Below, one piece after another: positions 1-13,336 of a stretch of DNA of 47,009 nucleotides. This stretch comes from Octopus bimaculoides (Eukaryota): assembly GCF_001194135.2 (NCBI RefSeq), contig NC_068997.1, positions 15,394,525 to 15,441,533 of the forward strand, given 5' to 3'. A program made the position numbers and the translations under genes. The notes below the pieces were generated by a model. The model did not search any database. It was not told the origin of the DNA and saw nothing but the letters and a program-made list of their open reading frames with translations. Position 1 is the first letter of the stretch; every line of letters starts with the position of its first letter.

Positions 1-257
1 ATATATACATGTGAGTGTGTGGTTATGTGTATATGTACGTATACGGGACCCCAGTATATTAACATCTTTGTTTTATTATAATATATACATACATGCATTT
101 GTGTATGTAAATGTACATATGTACATGCATACATATGTATGTGTATATGCATATATACATATATATCTATATATTTTGTATATACGTATGTATCTATATC
201 TATATATATGTATATATAGCTATATACATATATATATATATGCATACACACACACAT

Positions 258-319
<62 letters not shown>

Positions 320-624
320 GTATAACGTATATAATCATGCACGCACATATATGTATATATAATTATAGCAATGTGTTCCTTTTTGTCTTACCTTTCTCTG
401 AGTAACATATTCACTCATGCTCACACTCACATTGACACATAAGTACGGTGACCCCACATAGTCACATTAGCCACATGCATTGCAGATGTATACAAATTTA
501 TACATATGCATATGAGTATACAACATACATACACATATACATACACTTTCATATACATACATATATATATGTATATACATATGCATATATTTGTATATAG
601 GTATATATATGTATGTGTGTATAT

Positions 625-682
<58 letters not shown>

Positions 683-1148
683 TTACATAAGCATAAGTAC
701 AGATATATAGAGATAAGAAGAACCGAGTCTCCAGGGAGCGCGGTTCCATTAAAAAGAAAAAGGTCTTGGAAAAAAGTTAATCTCTACCTTCGCACAATTC
801 AGTTGCAGTCTTCATTTACTTCTTAAATAAACTCTTAAAAGCAATGAAAAGACTTCAAAAACAACAACAACAACAGCAGAAGCAACAACAACAACAACAA
901 CAGCTACTATACATAAATAAATGAAATATTCCTCTCCCACCCTCTATTTTGCAAAAAAAAAAAAAAAAAAACGTGATGAAGACACTTGGAAAAAAAAATC
1001 CCCTGAAAAAATTACTAATAACAAACATTTAAAGCAAAATGAAGGATGGTGAAAAAAAAATGCTTGAAAAATATTTGTAGTCATTCTATTGGTTTGTATA
1101 CACACATATATACATAGAGGGATAGATAAATATAGATACATACATACA

Positions 1149-1185
<37 letters not shown>

Positions 1186-1195
1186 NNNNNNNNNN

Positions 1196-1236
<41 letters not shown>

Positions 1237-1500
1237 TGTACTTAATATTTCTGTGATGTGCTGAAATGAAATACATTGAAAGAAATAAATGAAATTAGAT
1301 GAAGTATGAAGAATGGGGGGTGGGGGAAATAACGAAATAAAAATACAAATAGATAAATACATAAAGAAATAAAATAGTAAAAATAAAAGAGGTTATGGTA
1401 AAAGAATAGTGTAGAGTATATATATATAATAAATATTGGTTAAAGTGCATTGAAAGAATATGAATAATTTGAAAGTAGACAGAAAAAGAGAGAGGGAGGT

Positions 1501-1593
<93 letters not shown>

Positions 1594-1706
1594 TGGGAGT
1601 GAGAGTGATAAACAAGGAAAAGGAATAAAGAAAATGGACGTAACAAAGTAATGCACACTATAACACGTGCATGCATACATACATATAAGATATCTATCTA
1701 TCTATC

Positions 1707-1750
<44 letters not shown>

Positions 1751-1783
1751 TATATAGATATATATATAGAGAGAGAGAGAGAG

Positions 1784-1816
<33 letters not shown>

Positions 1817-2280
1817 TGTATATGTATATAATAAACATATATACATACATATAAAATATATATGTGTGTGTGTGTGTATATTTACATATACATATACATA
1901 TAATATACATGTATACATACCTATAAGATTATATACATATATATATATAATATGCATATATACATACTACATTCTTATAAGATATATATATATGTATATA
2001 TATACATACAAACACATGTGTGTGTATAAATATGCACACATACATAAATACATGCAAGCATGCATATGTGTGTGTGTATCTATGTGCATGTGTGTGTGTG
2101 TGTGTGTGTGTGTATAGAAACATACATAACACATATATACATTTCCGTATAATGTGGTTTGAAAGAAAGTCCCATAGTACTATCAGCACATGCACATACA
2201 TTTACACACATACATGCTTATGTGCATATATACACGTACACATACACAGATACAAACATACACACACATATATAAACTTG
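1..2280. repeat. Compound microsatellite field: (TA)n, (CA)n, (GA)n, (GATA)n, (CAA)n
   Basis: Seen directly. The YIYI/HTHT ORFs here are translations of dinucleotide repeats. Confidence 0.95.
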
Positions 2281-2794
2281 CCAAAGTACCCGGCGTTGTC
2301 CTGACTTAAGGCTCAGAGATTTTAACCTTACACTCACTATGTAATTTACTGAAAGTATTGGAAAGCGTTCGGACAAACAACAGGCTGAGTATTAGACGAA
2401 GTAAAACCTATTACATTTCGTTTATCTGTTTTTTAGAAAGGTTCTTTGAACTTCTGTTTTAAATAGATTATGTTCCTGGAATAAATAAAAGAATAAATAA
2501 ATAAATAAAAATAAATAAATAAATAAGTAAATACATAAACAAATGAATAAATAAAAGATGGTATTTTCAATCTAAGTGTTTTGAATCTCGTTCCTTCGTT
2601 TAGTCCTAAACCCGAATGTTGACCCTAACTAAACTTGAAACCCTAAACCCCAAACGCTAAAATCTGAATGCTACTCTCTAAAATTTCACTCCGAAATATT
2701 AATTCTGCATCGTTGACGCTTAAACCTAATTTTATTGTTAGCTTTTTGAAATTATATTTTGTGTTTTAGAATCCTAATCTCCTATGTTTGAAAC

Positions 2795-2836
<42 letters not shown>

Positions 2837-2870
2837 GTCTTTCTCTACATACATATGTACATACATGCAT

Positions 2871-2911
<41 letters not shown>

Positions 2912-2988
2912 NNNNNNNNNNNNNNNNNNNNNNNNNNNNNNNNNNNNNNNNNNNNNNNNNNNNNNNNNNNNNNNNNNNNNNNNNNNNN

Positions 2989-3049
<61 letters not shown>

Positions 3050-3824
3050 TTTCCCGCCAACATTCTTTTGGCCTTCTTGCAAACACAGGCAAAGTTCAAT
3101 TTTCTAAAAGCTATGACAGCCTGACTACCTACGTACCTACCTACCTACCTACCTACCTACCTTACTACATACATACATACATACGTACGTACATACAAAC
3201 ATACGTACATAAATGCAGACATATACACACTGATAGGAAGAGTAGCTTCTCCTAAACTAGTGATAGATACATCACATCTCACCGAGAAAGGTTTCCCTTT
3301 TGCTTGCCAGAAACAGGAGATAGTTACTAGATTTTTCATCAATGAGACAGATAAGGATGCCTTCAAGCCTGAATTTCGATTGTTGAAATACAGTAGCTAT
3401 CATCCATATCATCATCAGCTGTCCAGAATGTCCGCAAGGTATTACTTATGCGACATAACACTGTTGCTAAAACCATTTACAATGCTGTCCACAGTAAGGA
3501 TTATCTTGAGGACCACATAACAAAGGTTTATCAGAATAAAAATAAATAAAATTATCGTCGTCATCATCTGGTCGAGTTTGCTAGGATATTGTTAACCCGC
3601 GCACATTGTTCATCTCGGTCCTGTATTAGTTGAGGGAGGTTTTTACGGGGCATCTAGTGTCTCTGGTGAGTTGATGTGCATACGTCGTGTTCAGACAACC
3701 TGCTCAAGTACGACCATACATTGGTATCTATAGCAGTAGACTACTTGTCGGCTCTTGTTTTGGCTCGCCAGTAATGTCCTGCAAAGCGCATGCGCCTTTC
3801 CATTATAATGGTGGAAACAGGCAG

Positions 3825-4400
3825 ATCTCCATACAGCTAAATAAAATAACCAATACAGACTCTGCTGATGATTTAATCTTGCTCTCTGACACAACGTCAA
3901 ACGCCACCCAATCACATCATATTCTAGAATTCGCTGCACATGATGTTGGACTACTTGTTAATTCTAGTTAAACCAAATTCATTGCTCACAATCAGCAAAG
4001 ATCTATCACCAACATTAACGAAGATCTCATCAGTCACGTTAAAGATTTTATGTACCTCGGTTCTGAGGTAGCATCAACAGGAAGAGATGTAGAAACTCAG
4101 ACAGTCAAAGCATGGTTGGCCCTAAGCAAATTGGATGTTGTCTGGAAATCAAACCTGTCAGATAAACTTAAGAGGAATTGTTTTGCTGTGTAACAGTAGA
4201 ATCAGTCCTATTATGTGAAGCAACAGCCTGGACGCTTACCAAAAAAAAAAAAAAAAACTGGAATCGAAACTAGATGGAACTTACACCCAAATGTGTAGAC
4301 ATATCTTGGAGCCTTAAACATATCTTGGAGAACTCATTTCACCAAGGAAAATAAGAAATACTAATGAAGTATCTGATGGAAACATGTGGCAGGATCCTTC
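3825..4400 (+). mobile_element. Degenerate RTE-clade LINE reverse transcriptase fragment
   Basis: Reading through one stop (3969-3971) and a frameshift near 4170 gives ITNTDSADDLILLSD...AAHDVGLLVN..TKF...VKDFMYLGSEVAST..DV....KAWLALSKLDVVWKSNLSDKLKRN..(TVESVLLCEATAWTLT..LESKLDGTYTQM). This matches the RTE-type RT catalytic (F/Y)ADD motif, the KYLGS motif and the downstream thumb. Confidence 0.9.
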
Positions 4401-4734
4401 TTCCAAAAGACGATCGCTTTCTGTTGAGCCTGAAAGGTATCTTATTCATCTTTCAAAGTTTCCCTTCCAGGATCTAATTATTATGGTAGGATCACTGGGC
4501 TAAGTAATAACAGATTCGCATAAAGGCTTGGAAATACAGTGTACATTTAAACACATAAGAGGTATCCCTCATAGGATTCCTGGCACGCTAGAAGGAACAG
4601 CTAAAATCCAAACCACTATTAGGGATAAACCTCAAAGGGAATGAAAAATAAAAACATTTACCATCTATCTCCTGGACCATGGTTTCTGACTTTTTTAGCA
4701 AATAAAATAATTCACCGAGCAAATTATTTTATTT

Positions 4735-4895
4735 GTTTATGTCCCCGTAACTTAGCAGTTTGGCAAAATGAATGACAGAATAAGTACTAGGTTTCTAAAA
4801 ATGTCATGAGTCGATTTGTTCGACTAAAACACTTCAATGTAGTGCTCCAGCATGACCGCAGTCACATAACTGAAACAAGTGAAAGAATAAAAGAA
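4735..4895 (+). mobile_element. SINE family B, 3' module
   Basis: gtccccgtaacttagcagtttggcaaaa...gaataagtactagg...tcgatttgttcgactaaa...gtgctccagcatgaccgcagtc recurs at 38735-38905, 16233-16325 and, inverted, at 5655-5830. Confidence 0.75.
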
Positions 4896-5119
4896 TATAA
4901 TCAAATATTATTTTCTTTTATTCGACTTTATACTGACACTAGTGTTCAATTAAAGTGCCCCCACCTCTTTTCGTTTTTAGTCGTTTTTTTTGTCTTTTGT
5001 TTCCGGGACGTTCTTTTTAACAGTCTCCTGTGTGATTATGCAAATTACGTTCGAGAATCGGAGGCGTGATACTGAGAAGCACAAAATTTGAAGTTTCAAC
5101 ACAAAATACCAACCAACCA

Positions 5120-5125
5120 GCCAAG

Positions 5126-5181
<56 letters not shown>

Positions 5182-5480
5182 GTACCAGCCTACCTAGCTA
5201 CCAGCGTACCTATCTACCTATCTTCCTACCTACCTAGCTACCAGCCTACCTAGATACCAGCCTGCCTACCTACCTACCTACCTACCTACACACATACGTA
5301 CATACATACATATATGTATATTATGTACATGTATTTCTCTTTCCTTTTCTCTACACATATGTGTGTGTGTATCTGTGTGTACGTATGTGTGTGCATGTAT
5401 ACATGCTACACACTCTCACTCACACATACATACACATGCACACACACACACATCTCTTTACGAAGTATATACACACATAC
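5120..5480. repeat. (TATC)n / (TACC)n / (TACA)n / (CA)n compound microsatellite
   Basis: Seen directly. Confidence 0.9.
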
Positions 5481-5654
5481 ATACATACACGCTTTTACCA
5501 TGACTTGAATCTAGTGATTTTAGCTGTCAACTGCATCCGTAAACTAATTAAAATTAATTAATCACATTGAATAGTTATAAATTGCTGTCATTCTTAGACA
5601 ATTTATGGTGGGCAGAAAAAAATATAGGCTCGACCGGACTAGCTTTTCTCGTTT

Positions 5655-5960
5655 ACATTTTACATGTTTCAGTCATTGGACTGCGGCCACGCTGGGGCAC
5701 TGCCTTGAAGAACTTTTAGTCAAACAAATCGATCGCAGTATTTTTAAAGTTTAATATTTATTCTATCAGTCTCTTTTGCCAAACCACTAAATTACGGGGT
5801 CGTAAACAAACCAACACCGGTTTTTAAATGGTGGTAGGGGAGAAATAGAAACACAATCACCACGCATACCCGCTCATATACGACAGGTTTCCACACAGAT
5901 TCCGTCTACTAAACCCATTCACAGGACTTTACTGGGTCCAAGGTGTCACGCAGTGGGAGC
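5655..5960 (-). mobile_element. SINE family B, degenerate inverted copy (3' module plus part of body)
   Basis: Reverse complement of the 3' module above (tgtttcagtcattggactgcggccacgctggggcac...), followed by ttccgtctactaaacccattcacagg, which is the reverse complement of the family B body. Confidence 0.65.
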
Positions 5961-6744
5961 CACAATTCAGCATTGAATCAATGAGTTTAATTGTCTACAA
6001 ACAAGCACAACCCTTTTGTTTGACTGGAAGATGTAGTTGCGGCTGTAACTAAGTCCCAGTTTAATTTTCTCTATTTTTAGGTTTCTAGATATGATGGGAT
6101 AAAAAAAGTAGACTCCCTTCTAAATCTGGATTTATTATGTGTGAGCTATAGATGTTTGGATGTAGATTTATTTTCCTAGAATACGTATTTACTTTTCCTG
6201 TCATGATCTAGATGTCCTATCTTTAATTTGCACACAAACGCCTTTGATGAGACATTTATGGTTAAGACCATAGAATAAGGGCGTTGCTACAATTATCCTT
6301 TTGTTGGTTTAGCTTAGATGTTTTATAAACATTCAAATATGTATATTAGCAAGAATGAATTTAAGTGTGTGAGAGAAAGACGGACAGACTATAGAAAATA
6401 ATGTAGTGGATAAGAAAATATATAACAAACAAAACTATTGAAAGTTAATTCCTACCCTTTCGTTATGGATACATTGTATTTGTTACTGTCAAAATAATGA
6501 CTTCAATGGCTCGGTTCATATATCTTTTACACTGGAAGAATAATGCCAAGGAGTGACCAACAGCACCGTTTTTAATGCTGCTTTCTGATACAAAATTTTG
6601 GCATAAGTATAAACCAGTTGTTCTTAACCTTTTTTGTGGCGCTCCACTTTTAAGTAGTCGTTTTGCTCAGCGCCCACCGAAGTGACGAGTGAGGTATCAC
6701 GACTAAACTAATTTAACATGGATGTAGTAAAATATGTACAGTTT

Positions 6745-7011
6745 CTTCCAGAGTTGTAGAGATTCATAAAGGACTCATAAGGGCCGGTTTCCCGGTTTCC
6801 ATGGAGGGCTCATAAGGGCCGGTTTCTCGGTTTCCCGTCCCACCTGGGTGGGACGCCGGTCTGTCACAGGATTATTCATTTTTGAATGGACTGGAGTAAG
6901 GTGAAATGAAGTGTTTTGCTCTACAGCACAACACGCCACTCAGTCCGAGAATCGAAACCGCAATCTTATGATCATGGATCCAGCACCCTAACCACTAAGC
7001 CACGTGCCTCC
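6745..7011 (-). mobile_element. tRNA-derived SINE (third family) with duplicated tail
   Basis: The minus strand begins GGAGGCACGTGGCTTAGTGGTTAGGG (box A-like TGGCTTAGTGG) and contains GGTTTCGATTC (box B-like). The tail unit ggaaaccgggaaaccggcccttatgag is present twice. Confidence 0.75.
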
Positions 7012-7049
7012 ACTAACAATGATAGTTTATAAATTTCGATCTAATAACC

Positions 7050-7345
7050 CTTTCTGCTATGGGCACAAGGCCTGAAATGTTTGAGAGAGAGTTTGAGTCG
7101 ATTACGTCAACCCCAGTACACAATTGGTGCTTATTTTATCGACCTCGAAAGGATAAAAGGTAAAGTCAACCTCAGCGGAATTTGAACTCAAAACGTAAAA
7201 ACGGACGAAATGCATTGCGGTATTTCGCCCGTCGCTTCTTTCTGAGTTCAAATTCTGCCGAGGTCTACTTTGCCTTTCATCCTTTCGGGGTCGATAAATT
7301 AAGTACCAGTTGCATACTGTGGTTGATCTAATTGACTTAACTCCT
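7050..7345. mobile_element. Head-to-head inverted pair of SINE family A copies
   Basis: 7096-7191 is the reverse complement of 7240-7338. Both match family A (ctgagttcaaattccgccgaggtcgactttgcctttcatcctttcggggtcgataa). Confidence 0.85.
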
Positions 7346-8542
7346 ATTCTCTATCTCATGGTCGCACTGAATCATAAAATCCCACAGGATCTTTGCATTA
7401 TCATTTTCGATGATGCCTTCGAGTTTGTGGTCGTACCAATTTCTTGCCCTGTCAAGTCCATTGTTATTATTAATATTATTATTTTATGTTTGACTTTTGT
7501 TTTGCATTTGTACAAGTTGGATCCAAGTCTCACCCAGAGACCTCAAGAGACAACAAGTTAGAAGTTCATGTAGGTGTTATGCCTAGGGTACCATATATTT
7601 GGATTTGTACAGTTTTGTTCTAGTGAATGTTTAAGAAACCATAAGAAAATTATGTGTTTGCTTTAAAATTTGAGATCACATAGACAGTATTTTACGTAGG
7701 ATATGGGCAGTTCCCATGAGCACTATTTTTTGAACTTCAGCCATTTTGGGGTTTCCTGGAATCTGATCTAGGTANNNNNNNNNNNNNNNNNNNNNNNNNN
7801 NNNNNNNNNNNNNNNNNNNNNNNNNNNNNNNNNNNNNNNNNNNNNNNNNNNNNNNNNNNNNNNNNNNNNNNNNNNNNNNNNNNNNNNNNNNNNNNNNNNN
7901 NNNNNNNNNNNNNNNNNNNNNNNNNNNNNNNNNNNNNNNNNNNNNNNNNNNNNNNNNNNNNNNNNNNNNNNNNNNNNNNNNNNNNNNNNNNNNNNNNNNN
8001 NNNNNNNNNNNNNNNNNNNNNNNNNNNNNNNNNNNNNNNNNNNNNNNNNNNNNNNNNNNNNNNNNNNNNNNNNNNNNNNNNNNNNNNNNNNNNNNNNNNN
8101 NNNNNNNNNNNNNNNNNNNNNNNNNNNNNNNNNNNNNNNNNNNNNNNNNNNNNNNNNNNNNNNNNNNNNNNNNNNNNNNNNNNNNNNNNNNNNNNNNNNN
8201 NNNNNNNNNNNNNNNNNNNNNNNNNNNNNNNNNNNNNNNNNNNNNNNNNNNNNNNNNNNNNNNNNNNNNNNNNNNNNNNNNNNNNNNNNNNNNNNNNNNN
8301 NNNNNNNNNNNNNNNNNNNNNNNNNNNNNNNNNNNNNNNNNNNNNNNNNNNNNNNNNNNNNNNNNNNNNNNNNNNNNNNNNNNNNNNNNNNNNNNNNNNN
8401 NNNNNNNNNNNNNNNNNNNNNNNNNNNNNNNNNNNNNNNNNNNNNNNNNNNNNNNNNNNNNNNNNNNNNNNNNNNNNNNNNNNNNNNNNNNNNNNNNNNN
8501 NNNNNNNNNNNNNNNNNNNNNNNNNNNNNNNNNNNNNNNTAA

Positions 8543-8768
8543 GGCGGCGAACTGGCAGAATCATTAGCACGCCGGACAAAATGTTTAGCGGCATTTCGTG
8601 TGTCTTAATGCTCTGAGTTCAAATTCCGCCGAAGTCGACTTGGCTTTTCATCCTTTTGGGGGTCGATAAGAACAAGTACAAGTTGGATACCAAGGTCGAT
8701 GTAATCGACTGGTCCCCCCCCCCGCTCCTGCCCCGAAATGACTGGCCTTGCGCCAAAATTTGAAACCC
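8543..8768 (+). mobile_element. tRNA-derived SINE family A, full length
   Basis: GGCGGCGAACTGGCAGAATCATTAGCACGCC head and GAGTTCAAATTCC box B-like motif. Closely similar copies lie at 37310 and 37541. Confidence 0.88.
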
Positions 8769-9079
8769 TTATTATTCATAGGAAACCCTTATTATGATCA
8801 TCGTTGGTGCGATGAGGCAAGCTTTCGTGTACTTATTTCAGTCAATATTCTACACAAGACACAACTATTACGGCTCATTTCTCTACAGAACAACATCAGA
8901 ACTACCACTGTCATCGCAACAACTATCAACACGTCTGATACGTCTCCGGTGTCATCTCTCTTTCCACCTATCGTCTGCAAAACTCAATTATTGCAGTTGC
9001 AGAAGATTTTGGTACACGGGCTTAAATCAAAATGGCGCCGAATATAAACTGAAATGATAAGTGCAAATTAGAAAATGGC

Positions 9080-9352
9080 ACGATACATATATACATGTGT
9101 GTGGGTATGTGTATGTGTGTGGGTATGTATATGTGTGTGGTGGCTATGTGTGTGTGTGTGTGTGTGTGCGTGTATGCCTCTGTACATATATGTAAATGCA
9201 TATAATAAATATATACATCATACACAAACATTAATACATATAAATGCACACAAACACACACACACACATACGCACACACACATACACACACACACATACG
9301 CACACACACATACACACACACACACATACGCACACACACATACACACACACA

Positions 9353-9396
<44 letters not shown>

Positions 9397-9546
9397 CATA
9401 CATATACACATATACATATAAATAATGTATGCACGCATTTATACATATACATATTCATAAGTGCATGCGTGTACACACACGCACACACGATTTTGATGAT
9501 TAAAATGGAAAGAATGGAAAGATGATTAATACATACATACATACAT

Positions 9547-9635
<89 letters not shown>

Positions 9636-10030
9636 TACACACACGCATGTATACTGTGTATATGTAAAGTATTTTGGTGATGATGATGATGACAGTTATG
9701 ATGGTGATTGCGATGATGTTGATGATGATGATGATGATGATGTTGATGATGTTGATGATGATGATGACGACGACGATGATGATCATGATGACGATGACGA
9801 TGATGATGATGATGATGACGATGATGATGATCGAGAACCAACTGGACACGAATTGTTCAAGTGCTGGAAATTAATTAAAAATCATGAAAGCTGGCATAAC
9901 CACACATCCACGCACACGCACACACACACACACACGCACATACACACACACACACACGTGCACACACACACACTCGCGCACGCACAAACACGTTCTTACA
10001 CGTACACGCAATCAAAACACACTCACCTAC
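9080..10030. repeat. Compound (CA)n/(TA)n/(GAT)n microsatellite block
   Basis: Seen directly; it produces the poly-D/poly-H/poly-M pseudo-ORFs. Confidence 0.9.
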
Positions 10031-10243
10031 ACACACACGCACATGAGTAATTAAATGTGCGTCTAAACGAACGCACACCACCACACAATACAAGGCAAAG
10101 GCAACCGTCCGTTGTTCTATACACGTATCCGTGTGCATGTGTAAATCATTTTGATTGTGTGTATGAGTGTGTTTGGCTGTATGTGTTTACAACGGAGGTG
10201 TGTTAACTGTGCGCTGTCAGATGTATGTGTGTAAAGGCGACTC

Positions 10244-10291
<48 letters not shown>

Positions 10292-10425
10292 GAATAATAA
10301 CATACTTAGATGTGCAGATGTTAAAAAACTAAATTGTTGTATATGAATGTCGCCCGTTTCACACGTATATCCTTGGACGTAAACATCTGTACCTTTGTTT
10401 CATTGTATATTATAGAAGTTTGAGC

Positions 10426-10483
<58 letters not shown>

Positions 10484-10953
10484 ATATCTATCTGTCTGTC
10501 TGTCTGTCTATCTATTTGTCTATACACACACACGCACACACACATATATATATGTGTATCTTTAAATAATTAAGTACGTACGTATGTATATATATGTATG
10601 TATGTCTATACACATACAGACACATGTAAATATATCCGTCTAATCGTTCTATCTTGTAGCTTTTCCTGTCTTTCTCAGAACTTGTGTATTATTATTTTAG
10701 GTTGTTAGAAGTCATATATTCTGTTCGTTTCGCTTTGCAATTTTTACGCCAAGTTTTAGGCAATGTTGTAATGTCATGCGTGCCGAAATTGAAGAAGGGA
10801 TCAGATCTGTACTCATTCGTTTGTGCCTAAATTTTCGTTTTTCCAGCAGATTTTCTCCATTGTTTGTACACACTTTCCATGTGTTCTATTCAATAATTAC
10901 AGACAAAAGAATATATTACTTCATTTAAAAAAAAATTATTGTAAATAAACATA

Positions 10954-11168
10954 GGAGTGACTGTGTGGTAAGTAGCTTGCTTACTAACTACAAGGTTCTG
11001 GGTTCAGTCCTACTGCGTGGCACCTTGGGCAAGTGTCTTCTACTATAGCCTCGGGTCGACCAAAGCCTTGTGAGTGGATTTGGTAGACAGAAACTGAAAG
11101 AAGCCCATCGTATATATGTGTATGTATAAATATATGTGTGTGTGTTTGTGTGTGTGTGTGTTTGTCCC
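10954..11168 (+). mobile_element. tRNA-derived SINE family B (head, body and (TG)n tail)
   Basis: GGAGTGACTGTGTGGTAAG...GGGTTCAGTCC (box B-like)...GGCACCTTGGGCAAGTGTCTTCTACTATAGCC...GAAGCCCATCGTATAT. The same family occurs at 21027 and 43859. Confidence 0.88.
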
Positions 11169-11645
11169 TGAGCTTCAATGCACCTGGGAAGAGATGCGTA
11201 CAAATCCTTCATCATTTTCACAGATATGAGATGCCATTCTCTGTAGCTGAGCTCCCACAACTCTTCAAGATTGCGTGGAATCTTCTGACGAACTCTTCTC
11301 TTTAGTTCTGCCGACATTTGCTCGATGATATCTAAGTCAGGGTTCTGAGCTGTCCTATCTTTCAATACGGTGACATCTTCAATCAGCCAGACTCTGTTGT
11401 GTTGCACGTAATCTGTGGCATGGAGCTCCGTCAGGCTGAAAAATCTCACCTTCGTCCAAGTCTGGTATCAAATTGTCCCTCAGCAATTGGATGTATTTGG
11501 CACTGTTCAAGTTACCGTCAATTTTAAGCAACTTTCTTGAACCATCACTTTTTATGCCTCTCCAAAGCATCAAACTCTTAACTCCCCAGACTTCACTGTG
11601 AGCCGTTTCGCTTTCCTGGAAATCTTCTGACAAATTCTCGCTTAT
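11169..11645 (-). mobile_element. Tc1-type DDE transposase fragment (catalytic C-terminal half), frameshifted
   Basis: KSLMLWRGI...G.RKLLKIDGNLNSAKYIQLL...FQPDGAPCH, a 1-nt frameshift near 11380, then ...LKD(R)TAQNPDLDIIEQ...LKRRV....PRNLEELW...REW..IS....KDLYASLPRCIEA. This matches the Tc1 QQDN..H / WP.QSPDLNPIE motifs. Confidence 0.92.
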
Positions 11646-12542
11646 TAGGTGGCTGTGGTGGTGCTAGTGGTGGTGGTGGTTGTTGCGGTGNNNNNNNNNN
11701 NNNNNNNNNNNNNNNNNNNNNNNNNNNNNNNNNNNNNNNNNNNNNNNNNNNNNNNNNNNNNNNNNNNNNNNNNNNNNNNNNNNNNNNNNNNNNNNNNNNN
11801 NNNNNNNNNNNNNNNNNNNNNNNNNNNNNNNNNNNNNNNNNNNNNNNNNNNNNNNNNNNNNNNNNNNNNNNNNNNNNNNNNNNNNNNNNNNNNNNNNNNN
11901 NNNNNNNNNNNNNNNNNNNNNNNNNNNNNNNNNNNNNNNNNNNNNNNNNNNNNNNNNNNNNNNNNNNNNNNNNNNNNNNNNNNNNNNNNNNNNGTGGTGG
12001 TGGTGGCGGCGGCGGCTGCGGTGGTGGTGGTGGCGGCGACGGTGGTGATGAATAAAGAAGACTATAATGATGCAGGGAAAAGTGACGATGGTGACGTCGA
12101 CGACGACGACGTCGACGACGGCACTGACGACAGCAATCAATCATGGCGATGCTGATGATGCGGACGTCTCAGAAACTGTTGCTATCGCTGTTTCTGTCTG
12201 CTGTCATTAATGAGATCGTTGTCTTCGCTGCCACAAAATGAGGACGACGACATAAGTAAGGATCATTATGGCAAACGAAGCTTCGAAACCGTAATTATAT
12301 TCTACAATATCAATATGTGCTGCCCTGGAATTAATCATATTTCGTTTTTGCTGCTCACGTTCACTAAACATGCATATATACATACATGCACGCACATCTA
12401 TACACACACACACACACACACACACATACATACACACACACATACATACATACATACGTACGTACCTACATACATACATACGTACGTACATTCATACATA
12501 CATACATACGTACCTACATGAATATATACATAGATATGTACA

Positions 12543-12574
<32 letters not shown>

Positions 12575-13336
12575 NNNNNNNNNNNNNNNNNNNNNNNNNN
12601 NNNNNNNNNNNNNNNNNNNNNNNNNNNNNNNNNNNNNNNNNNNNNNNNNNNNNNNNNNNNNNNNNNNNNNNNNTATATATATATATATTATGTATGTATA
12701 TATAAGCATACATATACACATATCTATATTTATATACATGAATACACACATACCCACACACACATATATATATACATATCTATATATACATAATTATAGA
12801 TGAATAATACATTTAGTTGTGTGTGCTACATTCATGTATATATGTATATACGTGTGTGTGTGTGTGTGTGTGTAGGCATCTGTGTATGTATGTATGTGCG
12901 TGTGTGCGCGTGCACGCGTATACAGAGAAAATAAAAGGGAGAAAGAGAGTTCGATTGAGGACAGTGAGAGGGGAAATTGCAATTATGAATTCATAATAAA
13001 TGTTTTTAAAAGACAATTAGAAATTGTTGCAAACAGAATGCAGAGCGGTTGGTGTCATGATAAACACAGTTACAATGCTAAACATGACTTAATATTTAAT
13101 ATAGAAAAAGAACGCGATCTTTTCTCTTTATTTGATTGTATATCATAACGATTGCCCATCACTTTTAAATAATTTTTTGAACACATTACATACGCATACA
13201 GAAAGGATATAAAATAAGGAAACAGTTTATAGATTCTATGTTCAAGCTGTAGCTAGTTCTTACCATTATTCAAACGAGCCATTCCACCTTCCGTGGTATC
13301 TATTACACAATGAAGGTATTAGCGATTACTCTAGAA

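Noticed and set aside
3260-3520. 86-aa plus-strand ORF and an overlapping minus-strand open frame with a GTGAGA donor
   Set aside because: No recognisable motif, weak acceptor, and no way to tell it from chance without expression data.
6625-6650. CAGTTGTTCTTAACCTTTTT resembling a hAT left end
   Set aside because: No matching right TIR or TSD was found nearby; the partner may be lost or lie in the 7775-8539 gap.
8748-9047. 99-aa ORF after a SINE
   Set aside because: It starts inside the SINE tail, has no recognisable homology, and lacks a convincing splice pair.
6994-11010. Box A/box B motifs at about 7000, 8550-8630 and 10960-11010 as tRNA genes
   Set aside because: They do not fold into complete cloverleaves and continue into multi-copy SINE bodies.
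12150-12185. CTGATGA...GAAAC resembling a hammerhead core
   Set aside because: No stem II pairing beyond 2 bp, no stem I or III, and it lies at the edge of a (GAT)n tract.
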